Below are positions 47,139 through 62,404 of a stretch of 64,000 nucleotides of DNA, in pieces. Origin of the DNA: Arcobacteraceae bacterium (GTDB lineage Bacteria > Campylobacterota > Campylobacteria > Campylobacterales > Arcobacteraceae). The notes beneath the pieces are model-generated. The model searched no databases, had not been told where the DNA came from, and worked only from the letters and a program-made list of their open reading frames with translations. Position 1 is the first letter of the stretch. Every line of letters starts with the position of its first letter. Made by a program: the position numbers and the translations under genes. The DNA lies in the NCBI GenBank assembly GCA_965224485.1, contig CBDCZH010000015.1, positions 192,001 to 256,000 on the forward strand, given 5' to 3'.

Positions 47139-47892
47139 TTCATTAATATTAGGAATAATAGAAGGTATTACTGAGTTTTTACCTATTTCGTCAACTGGTC
47201 ATTTAATAGTAGCAAGTGAATTTTTAGGTATTGAACAAACCTCAATAAATAAAGCTTATGAAGTAATAATTCAATTTGCTGCTATTTTAGCTGTTATTTT
47301 AAATTATCCATCAAAGTTTACTTTTTCACATATTAACTTATGGACTAAAATACTTATCTCTTTTTTACCAATTGCAATAATTGGTTTTATTTTTGCATCA
47401 CAAGTAAAAGCATTGTTTTCTATACAAATAGTTGCTTATATGTTTATACTTGGAGGTATTGTATTTTTAATAGTTGAGAAATTTTATAATGAAAAAGAAA
47501 CTCATACCAAAGATGTGGAAGATGTAACATATAAACAAGCCTTATACATTGGTCTTGCTCAAATTTTTGCACTAATTCCAGGAACTTCAAGAGCTGGGTC
47601 TACTATAATAGGAGCAATGCTCGTAAAATTAAATAGACGCGCTTCTGCTGAATACTCTTTTTTATTAGCTTTTCCAGTAATGTGTGCAACAACAGCTTAT
47701 GATTTATTAAAACATCATGAAGAACTTTTTTCAAATGCTAATTTATTAAATTTAAGCCTAGGTTTTGTTGTCTCTTTTTTAGTTGCTTTCTTAACAATCA
47801 AACTATTTTTAAAGTTTATACAAAATTTTACTTTTGTAGCTTTTGGAATATATAGAATTATTTTTGGAATAGTTTTACTAATTATTTTTTAA
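47125..47892 (+). CDS. uppP: Undecaprenyl-diphosphate phosphatase
   Basis: [30 protein letters not shown]. Confidence 0.96.
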   Translation: MELIDSLILGIIEGITEFLPISSTGHLIVASEFLGIEQTSINKAYEVIIQFAAILAVILNYPSKFTFSHINLWTKILISFLPIAIIGFIFASQVKALFSIQIVAYMFILGGIVFLIVEKFYNEKETHTKDVEDVTYKQALYIGLAQIFALIPGTSRAGSTIIGAMLVKLNRRASAEYSFLLAFPVMCATTAYDLLKHHEELFSNANLLNLSLGFVVSFLVAFLTIKLFLKFIQNFTFVAFGIYRIIFGIVLLIIF

Positions 47893-47908
47893 TATTCTTA
47901 GTAAAAAG

Positions 47909-48928
47909 CTATTTTAAAATATCATCTAGTATTAAACAAACAGCATTTTGTTTAATACTATTCTCCAAATCTTTACTCATTTTTTCAATATCAGAATCTA
48001 AAAAAGATAAAAAAACTTCTTTATTTAAATTATTCTCTTCTAAAATAAAGCACAAGTTTTTTAGCTCTAATACTTTAGAATTAAAATATTGGTGATTAGA
48101 GGCAGCATATTTATATGGAATAAAAAGTGTAGGCAGTTTATTTGCGCATAATTCCCATAATGTTGATGCCCCAGCCCTTGAAACAGCAAAATCAGCTTCT
48201 TTCATTTTTTTAGCTATATTTGTAGTAAAATCAAAAACATCAGCTTGTATGCCTAAGTTCTCATACTCTTGTTTTACTCTTTTAAAATCTTCTTTTCCAG
48301 TTTGGTGAATAATTTTTATGTTTTTTTGCTTTAATATTTTTGCAATACTAAGAGCAAAATCATTGATTATCAAAGCTCCTTGGGAACCTCCAAAAAAAGC
48401 AATAGTTTTAAGTTCACTTCTTAGTCTTGAGTTTTTAAAAAACGTATTAGATACGGGATAATCTTTAATCTTTGATCTATTATCAAAAGAGCTGTAAAAA
48501 CCATGTGAGAAACGAAGTGTAATTTTATTTAACTTCCCTAATACCGAATTTTGCTCATGTATATATAATTTTGTTTTAAAGCAAATAATAGCCGCAAAAG
48601 TAGCAGCAGCTGCTGAGAAACCACCAACTGATACAACTTTTGTAACTTTATACTTAGAATATATTTTAAGACAAAAAAACATTTTTTTAACAATATTAAA
48701 AAGTGATGAAAATTTTCCTAAAAAGTTTTTATTTACAACACCTCTTGTATCTAAAAAATATGCTTCTTTTAATCTTACATCATTTAAAAACCACTGTTTA
48801 TCTTGTCCATTAGAAGAACCTATAAAAATAACATCTATATCTCTACTTTTTAACTCAGATATAAAAGCATCAGCTACTTTTAAATGCCCGCCTGTTCCAC
48901 CGCCTGTTATAACAACTGTTTCTTTCAT
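47909..48928 (-). CDS. murG: Lipid II GlcNAc transferase
   Basis: TGGGTGGH, IHEQN, GGSQGA, SRAGAST, HQYFN. Confidence 0.96.
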   Translation of the reverse strand: MKETVVITGGGTGGHLKVADAFISELKSRDIDVIFIGSSNGQDKQWFLNDVRLKEAYFLDTRGVVNKNFLGKFSSLFNIVKKMFFCLKIYSKYKVTKVVSVGGFSAAAATFAAIICFKTKLYIHEQNSVLGKLNKITLRFSHGFYSSFDNRSKIKDYPVSNTFFKNSRLRSELKTIAFFGGSQGALIINDFALSIAKILKQKNIKIIHQTGKEDFKRVKQEYENLGIQADVFDFTTNIAKKMKEADFAVSRAGASTLWELCANKLPTLFIPYKYAASNHQYFNSKVLELKNLCFILEENNLNKEVFLSFLDSDIEKMSKDLENSIKQNAVCLILDDILK

Positions 48929-50116
48929 TTACTTTTTTTCCTTATATGCCACATTTGAAATACTTAATACCAAACCTATGGAGATAGACATAGCCAAAAG
49001 CGAACTTCCCCCATAAGATAAAAATGGAACAGCAATTCCTTTTATTGGAATTAAACCAGATATTCCATAAGAGTTTATTAAAAATGCGATAATTATCATA
49101 AGACCAATTCCTAGAGTAAAAAGATGATAAATAGGATTTTTAACTCTATTACTTATTCTAAAAACTCTCCAAATTATTATATAAATAATACTTACTATAA
49201 AAAATAAACCTAATAAACCAATTTCTTCAGTAATTCCAGCTAGTACAAAATCTGTATGAACCTCAGACAAAAAACCTAGTTTTAAATTCCCATTAGCTAA
49301 ACCAGTACCAAATAATCCACCATTATTTATAGCATTTAAGGAATGTCCAACTTGATAAGGTTCGGGAAGTTCGTTTATTCTTAAATAATCATCGGCCCAA
49401 GATGGCATAAGTCCTAATATTTTATCTTGATTTAAAGCCCACCAAGAATATATTCTTTTAATTCTATGAGGAGCTGCTAAAATAAGTGATACTAAAGTAA
49501 TAATAGCAGCAGCTCCTAAAAATAAAAATATTTTAAAAGATCTATTTGCAAAAACTAGAAGTAAAATTAAAATAAGTCCCAATAAAACCACCTGACCTAA
49601 ATCTTTTTGCAAAAAAGCTACTAAAAAAACAACAAGAAAAAAAGCTCCAAAATAAGGAAGTAGTAATAAGAATTCTTCTTTTATATCCATTTTTTTAGGT
49701 TGTTCTAATACACGTCTTTGAAAAGACCAGGCAAGAAAATAAATAAATCCTATTTTAAAAAACTCAACAGGAGAGAGGGAGAAACCAGGAAGTCTAATCC
49801 ATCTATTAGCACCTCCTGCTGCAGTTACCATTGAAGCTGGTAAAAATGGCATTATTATCATAATGGCGAAAAATAATAAAAATAGTGTCATTCCAATTTT
49901 ATTTATTATTTTATCAGGATCAAGATGGGCTAAAAACCACATTAGGAAAATAGAAGTAAAACCAACTAAGCCTTGGCGTAAGAAAAAATGGAACTGGTTA
50001 TAATCATAATATACTACTGTATAAACAGAAAGTGAGTAAGAAAATATTATACTTGTAATTATTAATATTGATACAAATATGAAAAGTACATAGTCTGGTT
50101 TTGAATTAGTTTTCAA
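48929..50116 (-). CDS. ftsW: SEDS family cell division protein FtsW
   Basis: GANRWI, PVEFFK, LSEVHTDF, PFLSYGGSS; adjacent to murG. Confidence 0.88.
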   Translation of the reverse strand: MKTNSKPDYVLFIFVSILIITSIIFSYSLSVYTVVYYDYNQFHFFLRQGLVGFTSIFLMWFLAHLDPDKIINKIGMTLFLLFFAIMIIMPFLPASMVTAAGGANRWIRLPGFSLSPVEFFKIGFIYFLAWSFQRRVLEQPKKMDIKEEFLLLLPYFGAFFLVVFLVAFLQKDLGQVVLLGLILILLLVFANRSFKIFLFLGAAAIITLVSLILAAPHRIKRIYSWWALNQDKILGLMPSWADDYLRINELPEPYQVGHSLNAINNGGLFGTGLANGNLKLGFLSEVHTDFVLAGITEEIGLLGLFFIVSIIYIIIWRVFRISNRVKNPIYHLFTLGIGLMIIIAFLINSYGISGLIPIKGIAVPFLSYGGSSLLAMSISIGLVLSISNVAYKEKK

Positions 50117-50181
50117 TTAGTTTTCACTTTAAACATTTTTTTGGTAAAATCATTTTTTATTATATTATATTATGGATAAAT

Positions 50182-52047
50182 ATGTCTAAACAAATTACAA
50201 ACAAAATGACAAAAATAAAGAAAATATTTATAATTCTTATCTTTATTTTTTTAGCCCTAGCACTTTTATTAAGTTCACTTTTTGTAACAGTTAACAATAA
50301 AAGAAAATTACCTCAATTAAATAGCACGAAAAAAGAGCTAGCAATTAGAGGAGATATAATTAGTTTAGATAACTTTAAAATTGTATCGTCAAAAAAAATA
50401 TATAAAGCCTCAATAGATACTAGATATTTAGATACAAATAAAAAAGATCTTTTTATAAAACTTTTTTCAATATATTCCAATATTCCAACAAGTAAAATAT
50501 TAAAAAAAATAAATAAATCATTAAAAAGACCAGGAACTGTCGTATTATCTTATAATATCGATTCAAGAGCTGCAAAAAACTTAAAAGAATTAGGCTTCAA
50601 ACTTAGACGTTTAAAAGTTTTTAAATCAGTTAATATAGGTGGAAGTAAAATACTAAGAGGTTTAAGTGTAAATGAAAGTGGAGAAAAAAGACTTTATTCT
50701 TATGAAAATACATTAACCCCTGTTATTGGATACATTTCTAAGTATGAAACTAAAAAAGGAAAAACAAAGGTAAATGGTATAAAAGGTTTAGAAAAATCTT
50801 ATAATTCTTTACTGAATAAAACAACAGATGGTATTTTAAAAGGTAAAAGAGATGTTTTATCATATATATCTTTTAACAAAGACTCTATTATTGAAAATAG
50901 AGTTGATGGTGCTAATTTAATTCTAAATATTCCTTTAAAATTGCAGAAAAATATTGAACTTATTTTAGACCTATATAAAGAAAAATTAAGTGCAGATGAA
51001 ATTATTGTATCTATTATGCAAAGTCATACAGGAAAAATAATTTCACTTGCTAGTTCTAATAGATTTAATCCTCAGGCTATAAAACAAGAAGATATACCAT
51101 CATTAAACGTAACAGCAATTGAGCATCAATATGAACCTGGTTCAATTATGAAACCTATTTCCATAGCTTTAGTGCTTGATAAAAATAGAATCAAAAAAAA
51201 TGAACTTTTTAAAGCTTTTAATCAAGGAAAAAAGAATTCAAAAGGTGAATATCCAAAAGGTAAATATAAATTAGGAAGATATACCATTAAAGATGATCAT
51301 AATTTTAAAAAGAATTATCTTAGCTTAGATGATATATTTATTAACTCTTCAAATATTGGAACATTACAATTAGCTCAAAGGTTAAAAGCTAAAGAGTTTG
51401 TAAAAGGCATCAAAGATTTTGGCTTTACAAAAAAAACAGGAATTGATTTACCTTATGAAAAAATTGGAAAAATACCTAAAACATATAGATTTGCAGCAGG
51501 TGAGAGAGATGGTAAAGATAATGTATTTAAAGCTACTGTATCTTATGGTCAAGGTATGACTTCTACTTTTATGCAGATGTTAAAAGCATATTCTGTGTTT
51601 AATAATGAAGGTAAAATAGTAACTCCAAAAATCGTATCTCATTTAAATATAGCAAATATGAAAAGAATTACCTTAGATAATCAAGAGCAACCTCGGATAA
51701 TTAAAAGAAGCACCGCTCATGAAATTAAAAGACTTTTAATAAAAACTGTACAAAAAGGAACAGGAAAACGAGCCCAAGTAGAAGGTATTATTGTTGGTGG
51801 AAAAACAGGAACAGCACAAATAGCTAGACGTGGTAAATATTTAAAAAAATATATATCTTCTTTTTTTGGTTTTGCAAATGATGCAAATAATTCATATACA
51901 ATTGGGGTAACTGTATTAAACCCTATTTCAACAGGAAAACATTGGTACTACCATTATGCTTCACATTCAGCCGTTCCTATTTTTAAAGAATTAGTTGCAA
52001 ATTTAGTTTCATTAAATTATTTAAAACCTATTAAGAAAAATAAATAA
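50182..52047 (+). CDS. ftsI: Class B penicillin-binding protein (FtsI-like)
   Basis: RGDI, GLEKSY, YEPGSIMK, SSNIG, GGKTGTAQ. Confidence 0.85.
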   Translation: MSKQITNKMTKIKKIFIILIFIFLALALLLSSLFVTVNNKRKLPQLNSTKKELAIRGDIISLDNFKIVSSKKIYKASIDTRYLDTNKKDLFIKLFSIYSNIPTSKILKKINKSLKRPGTVVLSYNIDSRAAKNLKELGFKLRRLKVFKSVNIGGSKILRGLSVNESGEKRLYSYENTLTPVIGYISKYETKKGKTKVNGIKGLEKSYNSLLNKTTDGILKGKRDVLSYISFNKDSIIENRVDGANLILNIPLKLQKNIELILDLYKEKLSADEIIVSIMQSHTGKIISLASSNRFNPQAIKQEDIPSLNVTAIEHQYEPGSIMKPISIALVLDKNRIKKNELFKAFNQGKKNSKGEYPKGKYKLGRYTIKDDHNFKKNYLSLDDIFINSSNIGTLQLAQRLKAKEFVKGIKDFGFTKKTGIDLPYEKIGKIPKTYRFAAGERDGKDNVFKATVSYGQGMTSTFMQMLKAYSVFNNEGKIVTPKIVSHLNIANMKRITLDNQEQPRIIKRSTAHEIKRLLIKTVQKGTGKRAQVEGIIVGGKTGTAQIARRGKYLKKYISSFFGFANDANNSYTIGVTVLNPISTGKHWYYHYASHSAVPIFKELVANLVSLNYLKPIKKNK

Positions 52048-52116
52048 ATCTTTTTATATTTTAAAAGAAAAAAAACATTAAAAATGCTATAATTCAAGAA
52101 AATTTCAAGGAATAAA

Positions 52117-52620
52117 ATGTTCGGTTCAAAAGATTTAAAAGTTTATGAATATTCAAAAGAAGAGTTAGAAAAGTTTCAATACGCAAAAATAACTACAACA
52201 AATGGTGTTATTTGGCTTAAATTATTTGTTAATGAAGTTGCAAATACAGTATCTAATTTTGCCTCTTTAGCAAATGATGGTTTTTATAATGGTTTAACAT
52301 TTCACAGAGTAATACCTGATTTTATGGCTCAAGGTGGTTGTCCAGACGGAACTGGTGCTGGTGGAACGGAATGGGCAATTGAATGTGAAACAAGTGCGAA
52401 CAAGCAAACACATAAAAGAGGATCTTTATCAATGGCTCATGCTGGTAAAAATACAGGAGGAAGTCAATTCTTTATAACTTTTGTAGCAACTCCACATTTA
52501 GATGGTGGTCATACAGTATTTGGAGAAATTCAAGATGAAGATGAAGATAGTTTTATTACACTTGATTCAATTTCGCAAGGTGATATCATAGAAACTATTG
52601 AGATTTTAGCTTCTAAATAA
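52117..52620 (+). CDS. Cyclophilin-type peptidyl-prolyl isomerase
   Basis: FYNGLTFHRVIPDFMAQGG, SMAHAG..TGGSQFFI, HLDGGHTVFG. Confidence 0.95.
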   Translation: MFGSKDLKVYEYSKEELEKFQYAKITTTNGVIWLKLFVNEVANTVSNFASLANDGFYNGLTFHRVIPDFMAQGGCPDGTGAGGTEWAIECETSANKQTHKRGSLSMAHAGKNTGGSQFFITFVATPHLDGGHTVFGEIQDEDEDSFITLDSISQGDIIETIEILASK

Positions 52621-52641
52621 AACAATACAATAACTTAAATA

Positions 52642-52672
52642 AAAAGCCAAAACATGTGTTTTGGCTTTTTTT
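52642..52672 (+). terminator. Intrinsic terminator after the PPIase gene
   Basis: AAAAGCCAAAACA-TG-TGTTTTGGCTTTTTTT. Confidence 0.8.
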
Positions 52673-52700
52673 ATATCAAGTGAATAAATAAAGGATTAGT

Positions 52701-52922
52701 ATGTGTGCTTTTTACGATAATGAAGAAAAAATTAAAAAAGGTGATACAGCTTTTTATAAAAATGAAAATATAATTATACTAAGTGCTAATCATATAAAAG
52801 AAAATAAAACTATGGATATTGTTTATATTAAAGATGATAAAAAGGCCTTAGATGAATACAAAATCAATATTCCTTATAAAACTGTTGGATATGGATTTAG
52901 TTTGATTAGAAGAGATTTTTAG
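52701..52922 (+). CDS. Small hypothetical protein
   Basis: 73-aa ORF with AAGGA RBS. Confidence 0.5.
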   Translation: MCAFYDNEEKIKKGDTAFYKNENIIILSANHIKENKTMDIVYIKDDKKALDEYKINIPYKTVGYGFSLIRRDF

Positions 52923-52955
52923 GTTTTTAGGTTTTTAGGTTTTTAGGTTTTTAGG
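52916..52955 (+). repeat. Tandem repeat (TTTTTAGG)x5
   Basis: Five exact 8-bp copies read directly. Confidence 0.92.
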
Positions 52956-53083
52956 TAAGGATTGCGAGTTTATCTTTAGTTAAACGTAAATGTAAGAATA
53001 TTTCAATAAAAATTGGGCTAAAAAAAAGCTCTTACTTTAAACCAAGAAATGGTTAAAAGTAAAAGCTATAAAAAATACTTAAA

Positions 53084-53199
53084 TCTGGCAACGACCTACG
53101 TTTCGCACAAGGGGACCCTGCAGTATTATCAGCGATGAAGAGCTTGACTACCAGGTTCGAAATGGAGCTGGGTATTTCCTCTTCTCTATAATCACCAGA
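53084..53199 (-). rRNA. rrf: 5S rRNA
   Basis: Reverse complement contains CCATTTCGAACCTGGTAGTCAAG and GTAGGTCGTTGCCAGA; ends approximate. Confidence 0.93.
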
Positions 53200-53394
53200 A
53201 AAAAGTAATAAATGAACGGAAACGCAGAACTAAAGTTCTGTTCATAATAAAAATCATACTTTAGTATAATTTATTATTAATTCACTTATTACTTTCTTCT
53301 TAAAAGAATAAAGTAAAAATTGTTAAAGTCTTGTTTTGAACACTTAAATTATTAAGCATACACTTAATAAGATAGTAGCCATTGAAATAATAAA

Positions 53395-56296
<2,902 letters not shown>

Positions 56297-56667
56297 ATAA
56301 TAAATAGAGTTAAACTCTATCGCTTTTTGATAATTATTCTTTGGCTACTATCTTATTAAATGTACAAGTACATTAATAATATAGTATTGTGTTCTATCTA
56401 TTTCTAGATAATTTAAATTTTGTTATTAAACTACTTTCATACGAAAATAATTTAACGAAAAAATTAAAGACTTTAACAATAAATTTTTAAATAACATGTA
56501 ACCTAAGTTACGTTTTGATCCGAAAATCAAATATAAATTCTACATGTAGAACTTATATTTAATTTACGATTCTTTTAATTAAGGCTTATAATCTTTATAA
56601 ACCGAACATAATACTCTGTAATATTTTAGTTACTAGCATAAGAAACGAATCTTATGCTACTTACTCT

Positions 56668-58184
<1,517 letters not shown>

Positions 58185-58480
58185 AATGGTAGTTTGAAAC
58201 TGACAATATTTATAATTGTTACATTACAAAATCATCACTCAAAATAGTTTTTACTACAAGTAGTAAAAGCTTAATAGACAAAGATATGTTTTACCATATT
58301 CTTGTTTTCTAATATTATCAATATGTTTGTTTAACCTATGTCATATTACATAGTTAAACAGAGTATCATATTCGGTTTATAAAGATTACTCTTTTTAAAC
58401 CTTAAGTTGTTAAAGAACATCCAGACTCTCATGTTACCACCGCTCTTTCGTTTGGTGTGTATCACTTAAATTGGACGGGA

Positions 58481-58509
58481 ATTATAGACAATTTATTCTC
58501 TTTTGTCAA
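58481..58509 (-). promoter_or_regulatory. Sigma70 promoter of the rRNA operon
   Basis: TTGACA-17 bp-TATAAT on the minus strand; boxA-like GTTCTTTAACAA near 58407-58418. Confidence 0.88.
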
Positions 58510-58513
58510 GGGT

Positions 58514-59176
58514 TTACTCTTCAATTTGGCTTAAATTTGCAAAGTTTTGTTTTTTATAAATTTTTTCATGAATATATCCAGTGCTATTTTCTACAATTAT
58601 AGTTCTAGAATCACCATTTTTATGCACTAGTGTGATAAGACAAGGTTTTTTAATCTCATATTTATAATGTTCACCTTTTTTATTTGAAAGTCTTGAATAA
58701 ACTCTACCATCACTGCCAAATGATATTTGACCTAGTGATTTTGTTTTATTGCAAGATACATTTACTTCTTTTATATTAAACTCTTGTGTTAATAAAACAT
58801 ATTTACTTGAATCTTTTGTTTCTTTACAAGTATGAAAAGAGTAAAGGTATTTTTTATCTAAGGGATCTTTTAGTGTATGTGTTTTTTTAATTTTACCAGT
58901 TTTATTTTTATCACTATATATAATGTAATATAATCCTTCTACATTTTTATTGCAAGAAAAGAACTTTAAAGACCAGCGTTTTTTATGCCATAAGGGATCA
59001 TCAAGTGAATACATATCATTAATCATGGCTTGATATCTTGTTTGTTTTAAGTATAGAACTAATCTTGAAGTGGCAACTTGTAAATCTTGGTCTTTTATTT
59101 TAGGAATCACCATAAAAGAAATTAAGGACAATAAAAAAATTACAAAAACTAACTCTAGAAGGGTTAAAGCTTTCAT
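58514..59176 (-). CDS. Prepilin-type N-terminal cleavage/methylation domain protein (pseudopilin-like)
   Basis: MKA-LTLLELVFVIFLLSLI type IV pilin-like leader with E5. Confidence 0.8.
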   Translation of the reverse strand: MKALTLLELVFVIFLLSLISFMVIPKIKDQDLQVATSRLVLYLKQTRYQAMINDMYSLDDPLWHKKRWSLKFFSCNKNVEGLYYIIYSDKNKTGKIKKTHTLKDPLDKKYLYSFHTCKETKDSSKYVLLTQEFNIKEVNVSCNKTKSLGQISFGSDGRVYSRLSNKKGEHYKYEIKKPCLITLVHKNGDSRTIIVENSTGYIHEKIYKKQNFANLSQIEE

Positions 59177-60369
59177 CTTTTTTGTACATATAAAGTATTA
59201 ACAATCTTTCCATAATAAATAATATCAAATTTTTCATCATAAGCATTTAGTTTTTTTAAACTAATATAATAAGCATCTCCTTCTTTAATTCCATAAAAGC
59301 TTAATCTTTTTCCTAAAGAATAACTATTAACATAAACATTGTTTATATTATTATCTTTTAAAATCTTAGCAATATCTTTTGCTATATGATAATTATAAGC
59401 AAAATGTTTTTTTGGATTTTCTAAGAGTAAATAAATTGGTTTATTAAATAAGGTCAAAAACACATTTATAAAAAGTATGAGTAAGGTTGCATAAGCTACA
59501 TTTTTATAAAAACCTCTAAATTGTGGAAGTCTCACTCTTAAAGTATGTAAGTACAATTTTGTCATTAAAGGAATAGTAATAATTACATAAGGAGCAAAGT
59601 CTTCTATATATATTCTTTGCCTAAATGCAAATAATAAAGAAAAACTCAAAGCTGTAATACTAATATACCAGTAAATTGTTCTCTCCCCTCTAACACCTAT
59701 TCTATACATTGCATAAAAAAAGTATAAAAATAGTAAAGGAGAGAAGATAGAAGCATATATTCCAAAAGTATCAATCAGATGACTTTGTGGTTTACCGCTT
59801 GTATTAAAACCATAAATATACATAGATAAAGTAAATAAAAGTAAGGATATAATAAGAAGTTTATTTTCTCTTTTATTTAAAGAATAAAAAAATAACGCTA
59901 AAAATAAAATAGCGAAAGAGTTATCTATAAATAAAAAAATCACCAATAAATAATAGTTGTGTTTGCCATTTTTTTGGTACAAGTACAAATATAAAAGTGT
60001 ACAAGCAATAACTATAATTGCAGTATTTACAAGTAAAGAAGCAGAAATAAGTCCAGGCAAGGACATAAAAACAAGTATATTGATTAATCTATCAAATTCA
60101 TATCTAAAATAATTTTTAGTTATCTTATACATTAGAATTGAACTTAAGGCATAAAAAATAATAAAAGGAAATCTTAGGGCAAAATCATTAAAACCAAATA
60201 TATGCAAGGGTAAATAAGTAATATAGGTTAAAATTGATTTATTGTTTAAAACATTTAGAGCTTCTTTATATGAAATACTTAAAGTATCAGCAGTAACAAT
60301 CAAAATTATTATGAATATACTTAATATAAAATAAAATAAATAGTTTTGTCTTTTACTGCTTATATTCAT
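59173..60369 (-). CDS. Integral membrane protein, possibly GT-C/ArnT-like
   Basis: About 10 hydrophobic helices, SYKEA and ALRFPF motifs. Confidence 0.55.
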   Translation of the reverse strand: MNISSKRQNYLFYFILSIFIIILIVTADTLSISYKEALNVLNNKSILTYITYLPLHIFGFNDFALRFPFIIFYALSSILMYKITKNYFRYEFDRLINILVFMSLPGLISASLLVNTAIIVIACTLLYLYLYQKNGKHNYYLLVIFLFIDNSFAILFLALFFYSLNKRENKLLIISLLLFTLSMYIYGFNTSGKPQSHLIDTFGIYASIFSPLLFLYFFYAMYRIGVRGERTIYWYISITALSFSLLFAFRQRIYIEDFAPYVIITIPLMTKLYLHTLRVRLPQFRGFYKNVAYATLLILFINVFLTLFNKPIYLLLENPKKHFAYNYHIAKDIAKILKDNNINNVYVNSYSLGKRLSFYGIKEGDAYYISLKKLNAYDEKFDIIYYGKIVNTLYVQKR

Positions 60370-60935
60370 ATTTTTAAGAAATTATTTATCATTTCATGAC
60401 CATATTCACTCATAATAGATTCAGGATGAAATTGAACTCCATAAACTTGTTTATCTTTAATTTCTAAACTCATCATCTCATTATCATCTAAAGAAATTGA
60501 AGTAGGAATGATAATTGATGGTAAATTTGTTTGCTCTACACTTAAAGAGTGGTATCTTGTTTGAATAAACTCTTGTGGTAAATCATTAAATATAAGAGAT
60601 TGTTTTAAAACTTTTATTTTAGATGTTTTTCCATGCATCATACGTTTTGCTCTTATTATTTTAGCCCCAAATACTTGAGCAATACTTTGATGACCTAGAC
60701 AAATTCCTAAAATTGGCAATTTTGAAGCAAAGTATTCTATTGCTTCTAAACAAATACCTGCCTCATTTGGAGTAGCTGGTCCAGGAGATATTATGATTTT
60801 ACTAGGATTTAAAGCTATAATTTCTTCTAAGCTTAATTCATCATTTCTTATAATCTTTAAATTAGCTCCTAATTCTTTACAGTATTGAACTATATTATAA
60901 GTAAAAGAGTCATAATTATCAATCATTAGAATCAT
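60366..60935 (-). CDS. Glutamine amidotransferase of aminodeoxychorismate/anthranilate synthase (PabA/TrpG)
   Basis: IDNYDSFTYN, SPGP, GICLGHQ, RYHSL, VQFHPES. Confidence 0.95.
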   Translation of the reverse strand: MILMIDNYDSFTYNIVQYCKELGANLKIIRNDELSLEEIIALNPSKIIISPGPATPNEAGICLEAIEYFASKLPILGICLGHQSIAQVFGAKIIRAKRMMHGKTSKIKVLKQSLIFNDLPQEFIQTRYHSLSVEQTNLPSIIIPTSISLDDNEMMSLEIKDKQVYGVQFHPESIMSEYGHEMINNFLKI

Positions 60936-61203
60936 TATTTACCTCCTCTTGATATTTTCTCATTTGGGCATTTACACTTGAAAACTGTTCATTTGTAATT
61001 TTTTCATCTTGAATCCATTTATTCTCATTTGGCTCAATTATAATTCCATAGTTTGTACACAGTTCATCCAGTTTTTTAAAATATTCATTCATATCTTGGC
61101 AAATTTCTTTTTTATCATCTTCAAGATAAACTAATTCAATAAACCAATCATCCATTAACTCACCACTTGATTTAATTCTTGATTCAAAAACTAAAGACAT
61201 CAT
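60919..61203 (-). CDS. Hypothetical protein
   Basis: 94-aa acidic ORF overlapping the start of the amidotransferase gene. Confidence 0.65.
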   Translation of the reverse strand: MMSLVFESRIKSSGELMDDWFIELVYLEDDKKEICQDMNEYFKKLDELCTNYGIIIEPNENKWIQDEKITNEQFSSVNAQMRKYQEEVNNDSND

Positions 61204-61301
61204 TAACCTTTTTTATTAGTATTATAACAAGATAAAATTAAATACATTAGCATAAGAAATTAAATTAGGAAAAAAAGAAACATAATTATTAAAATTTTAT
61301 A

Positions 61302-61320
61302 AGAAATGATAACCATTATT
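61302..61320. promoter_or_regulatory. Putative Fur box
   Basis: AGAAATGATAACCATTATT versus consensus GATAATGATAATCATTATC, upstream of Fe3+ ABC genes. Confidence 0.75.
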
Positions 61321-61387
61321 AATATTAAGACGTTTTAAAGCTTTATTTCTTTATTATCCATTTACAAAATTAAAACAAAGGTAAAAC

Positions 61388-62395
61388 ATGTTAAAAAAAC
61401 TTGTATTAAGTTCACTTGTATTAGTAAGTTCTGTATTTGCAGCCAATGAGGTAAATGTTTATTCACATAGACATTATAATACTGATAAAAAATTATTCAA
61501 AATGTTTGAAGCAAAAACTGGAATTAAAGTTAATGTAGTTAAAGCTAAGGCTGATGCATTAATTAACAGAATTGAAAGTGAAGGTAAAAATTCACCAGCT
61601 GATGTACTAATTACTGTTGATGCAGGAAGATTACAAAAAGCTAAAGCAAAAGGTTTATTCCAATCAATTGATTCTAAATACTTAAATGACAATATTCCTA
61701 AAATCTATAGAGATTCTGATAATCAATGGTTTGCACTTACAAAAAGAGCAAGAGTTTCTGTTGTTAAAAAAGATTCTGGAATTGAAAATGAATTTGTTAC
61801 TTATGAAGACTTAGCAGATCCAAAATTTAAAGGAATGATTGTAGTTAGATCTTCTTCTAATATATATAACCAATCTTTATTAGCTGCTATGATTGAACAT
61901 CATGATGAAGCTTATGCACTTAAATGGGCAAAAGGTATGGTTGCTAACATGGCTAGATCTCCAAAAGGTAATGATAGAGCACAAGTTAAAGCTGTTGCAA
62001 ATGGAATAGGGAAAATTGCAATTGCAAACACTTATTACATTGGTAAAATGGTTGATAACAAAGACAAGTCTCAAAGAGATGCAGTTGCTAAAATGAAAAT
62101 TTATTTTCCAAAATTTGAAAATGGTGGAACTCATGTAAACATTTCTGGTGCTGGTGTTACTAAATATGCTCCAAATAAAGCAAATGCAATTAAATTCATT
62201 GAATTCTTAGCTTCAAAAGATGCACAGGAATTATTTGCAACAAAAAGTTATGAGTACCCTGTTTTAGCAGGAACTAAATCATCTAAATTAGTTTCATCTT
62301 GGGGAACTTTTACAGAAGATAATATTTCTATTAACTCTTTAGGTGAAAATAATACTAAAGCTGTTAAAATATTTAACAAAGCATCTTGGAAATAA
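61388..62395 (+). CDS. Fe3+ ABC transporter substrate-binding protein (FbpA/FutA-like)
   Basis: Signal peptide, VNVYSHRHY, SPADVLITVDAG, YNQSL, ANTYY, HVNISG. Confidence 0.93.
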   Translation: MLKKLVLSSLVLVSSVFAANEVNVYSHRHYNTDKKLFKMFEAKTGIKVNVVKAKADALINRIESEGKNSPADVLITVDAGRLQKAKAKGLFQSIDSKYLNDNIPKIYRDSDNQWFALTKRARVSVVKKDSGIENEFVTYEDLADPKFKGMIVVRSSSNIYNQSLLAAMIEHHDEAYALKWAKGMVANMARSPKGNDRAQVKAVANGIGKIAIANTYYIGKMVDNKDKSQRDAVAKMKIYFPKFENGGTHVNISGAGVTKYAPNKANAIKFIEFLASKDAQELFATKSYEYPVLAGTKSSKLVSSWGTFTEDNISINSLGENNTKAVKIFNKASWK

Positions 62396-62404
62396 AGATA
62401 ATAA

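Noticed and set aside
52916..52955. Telomere-like function of (TTTTTAGG)5
   Set aside because: Internal position in a bacterial chromosome; resemblance to eukaryotic telomere repeats is probably coincidental
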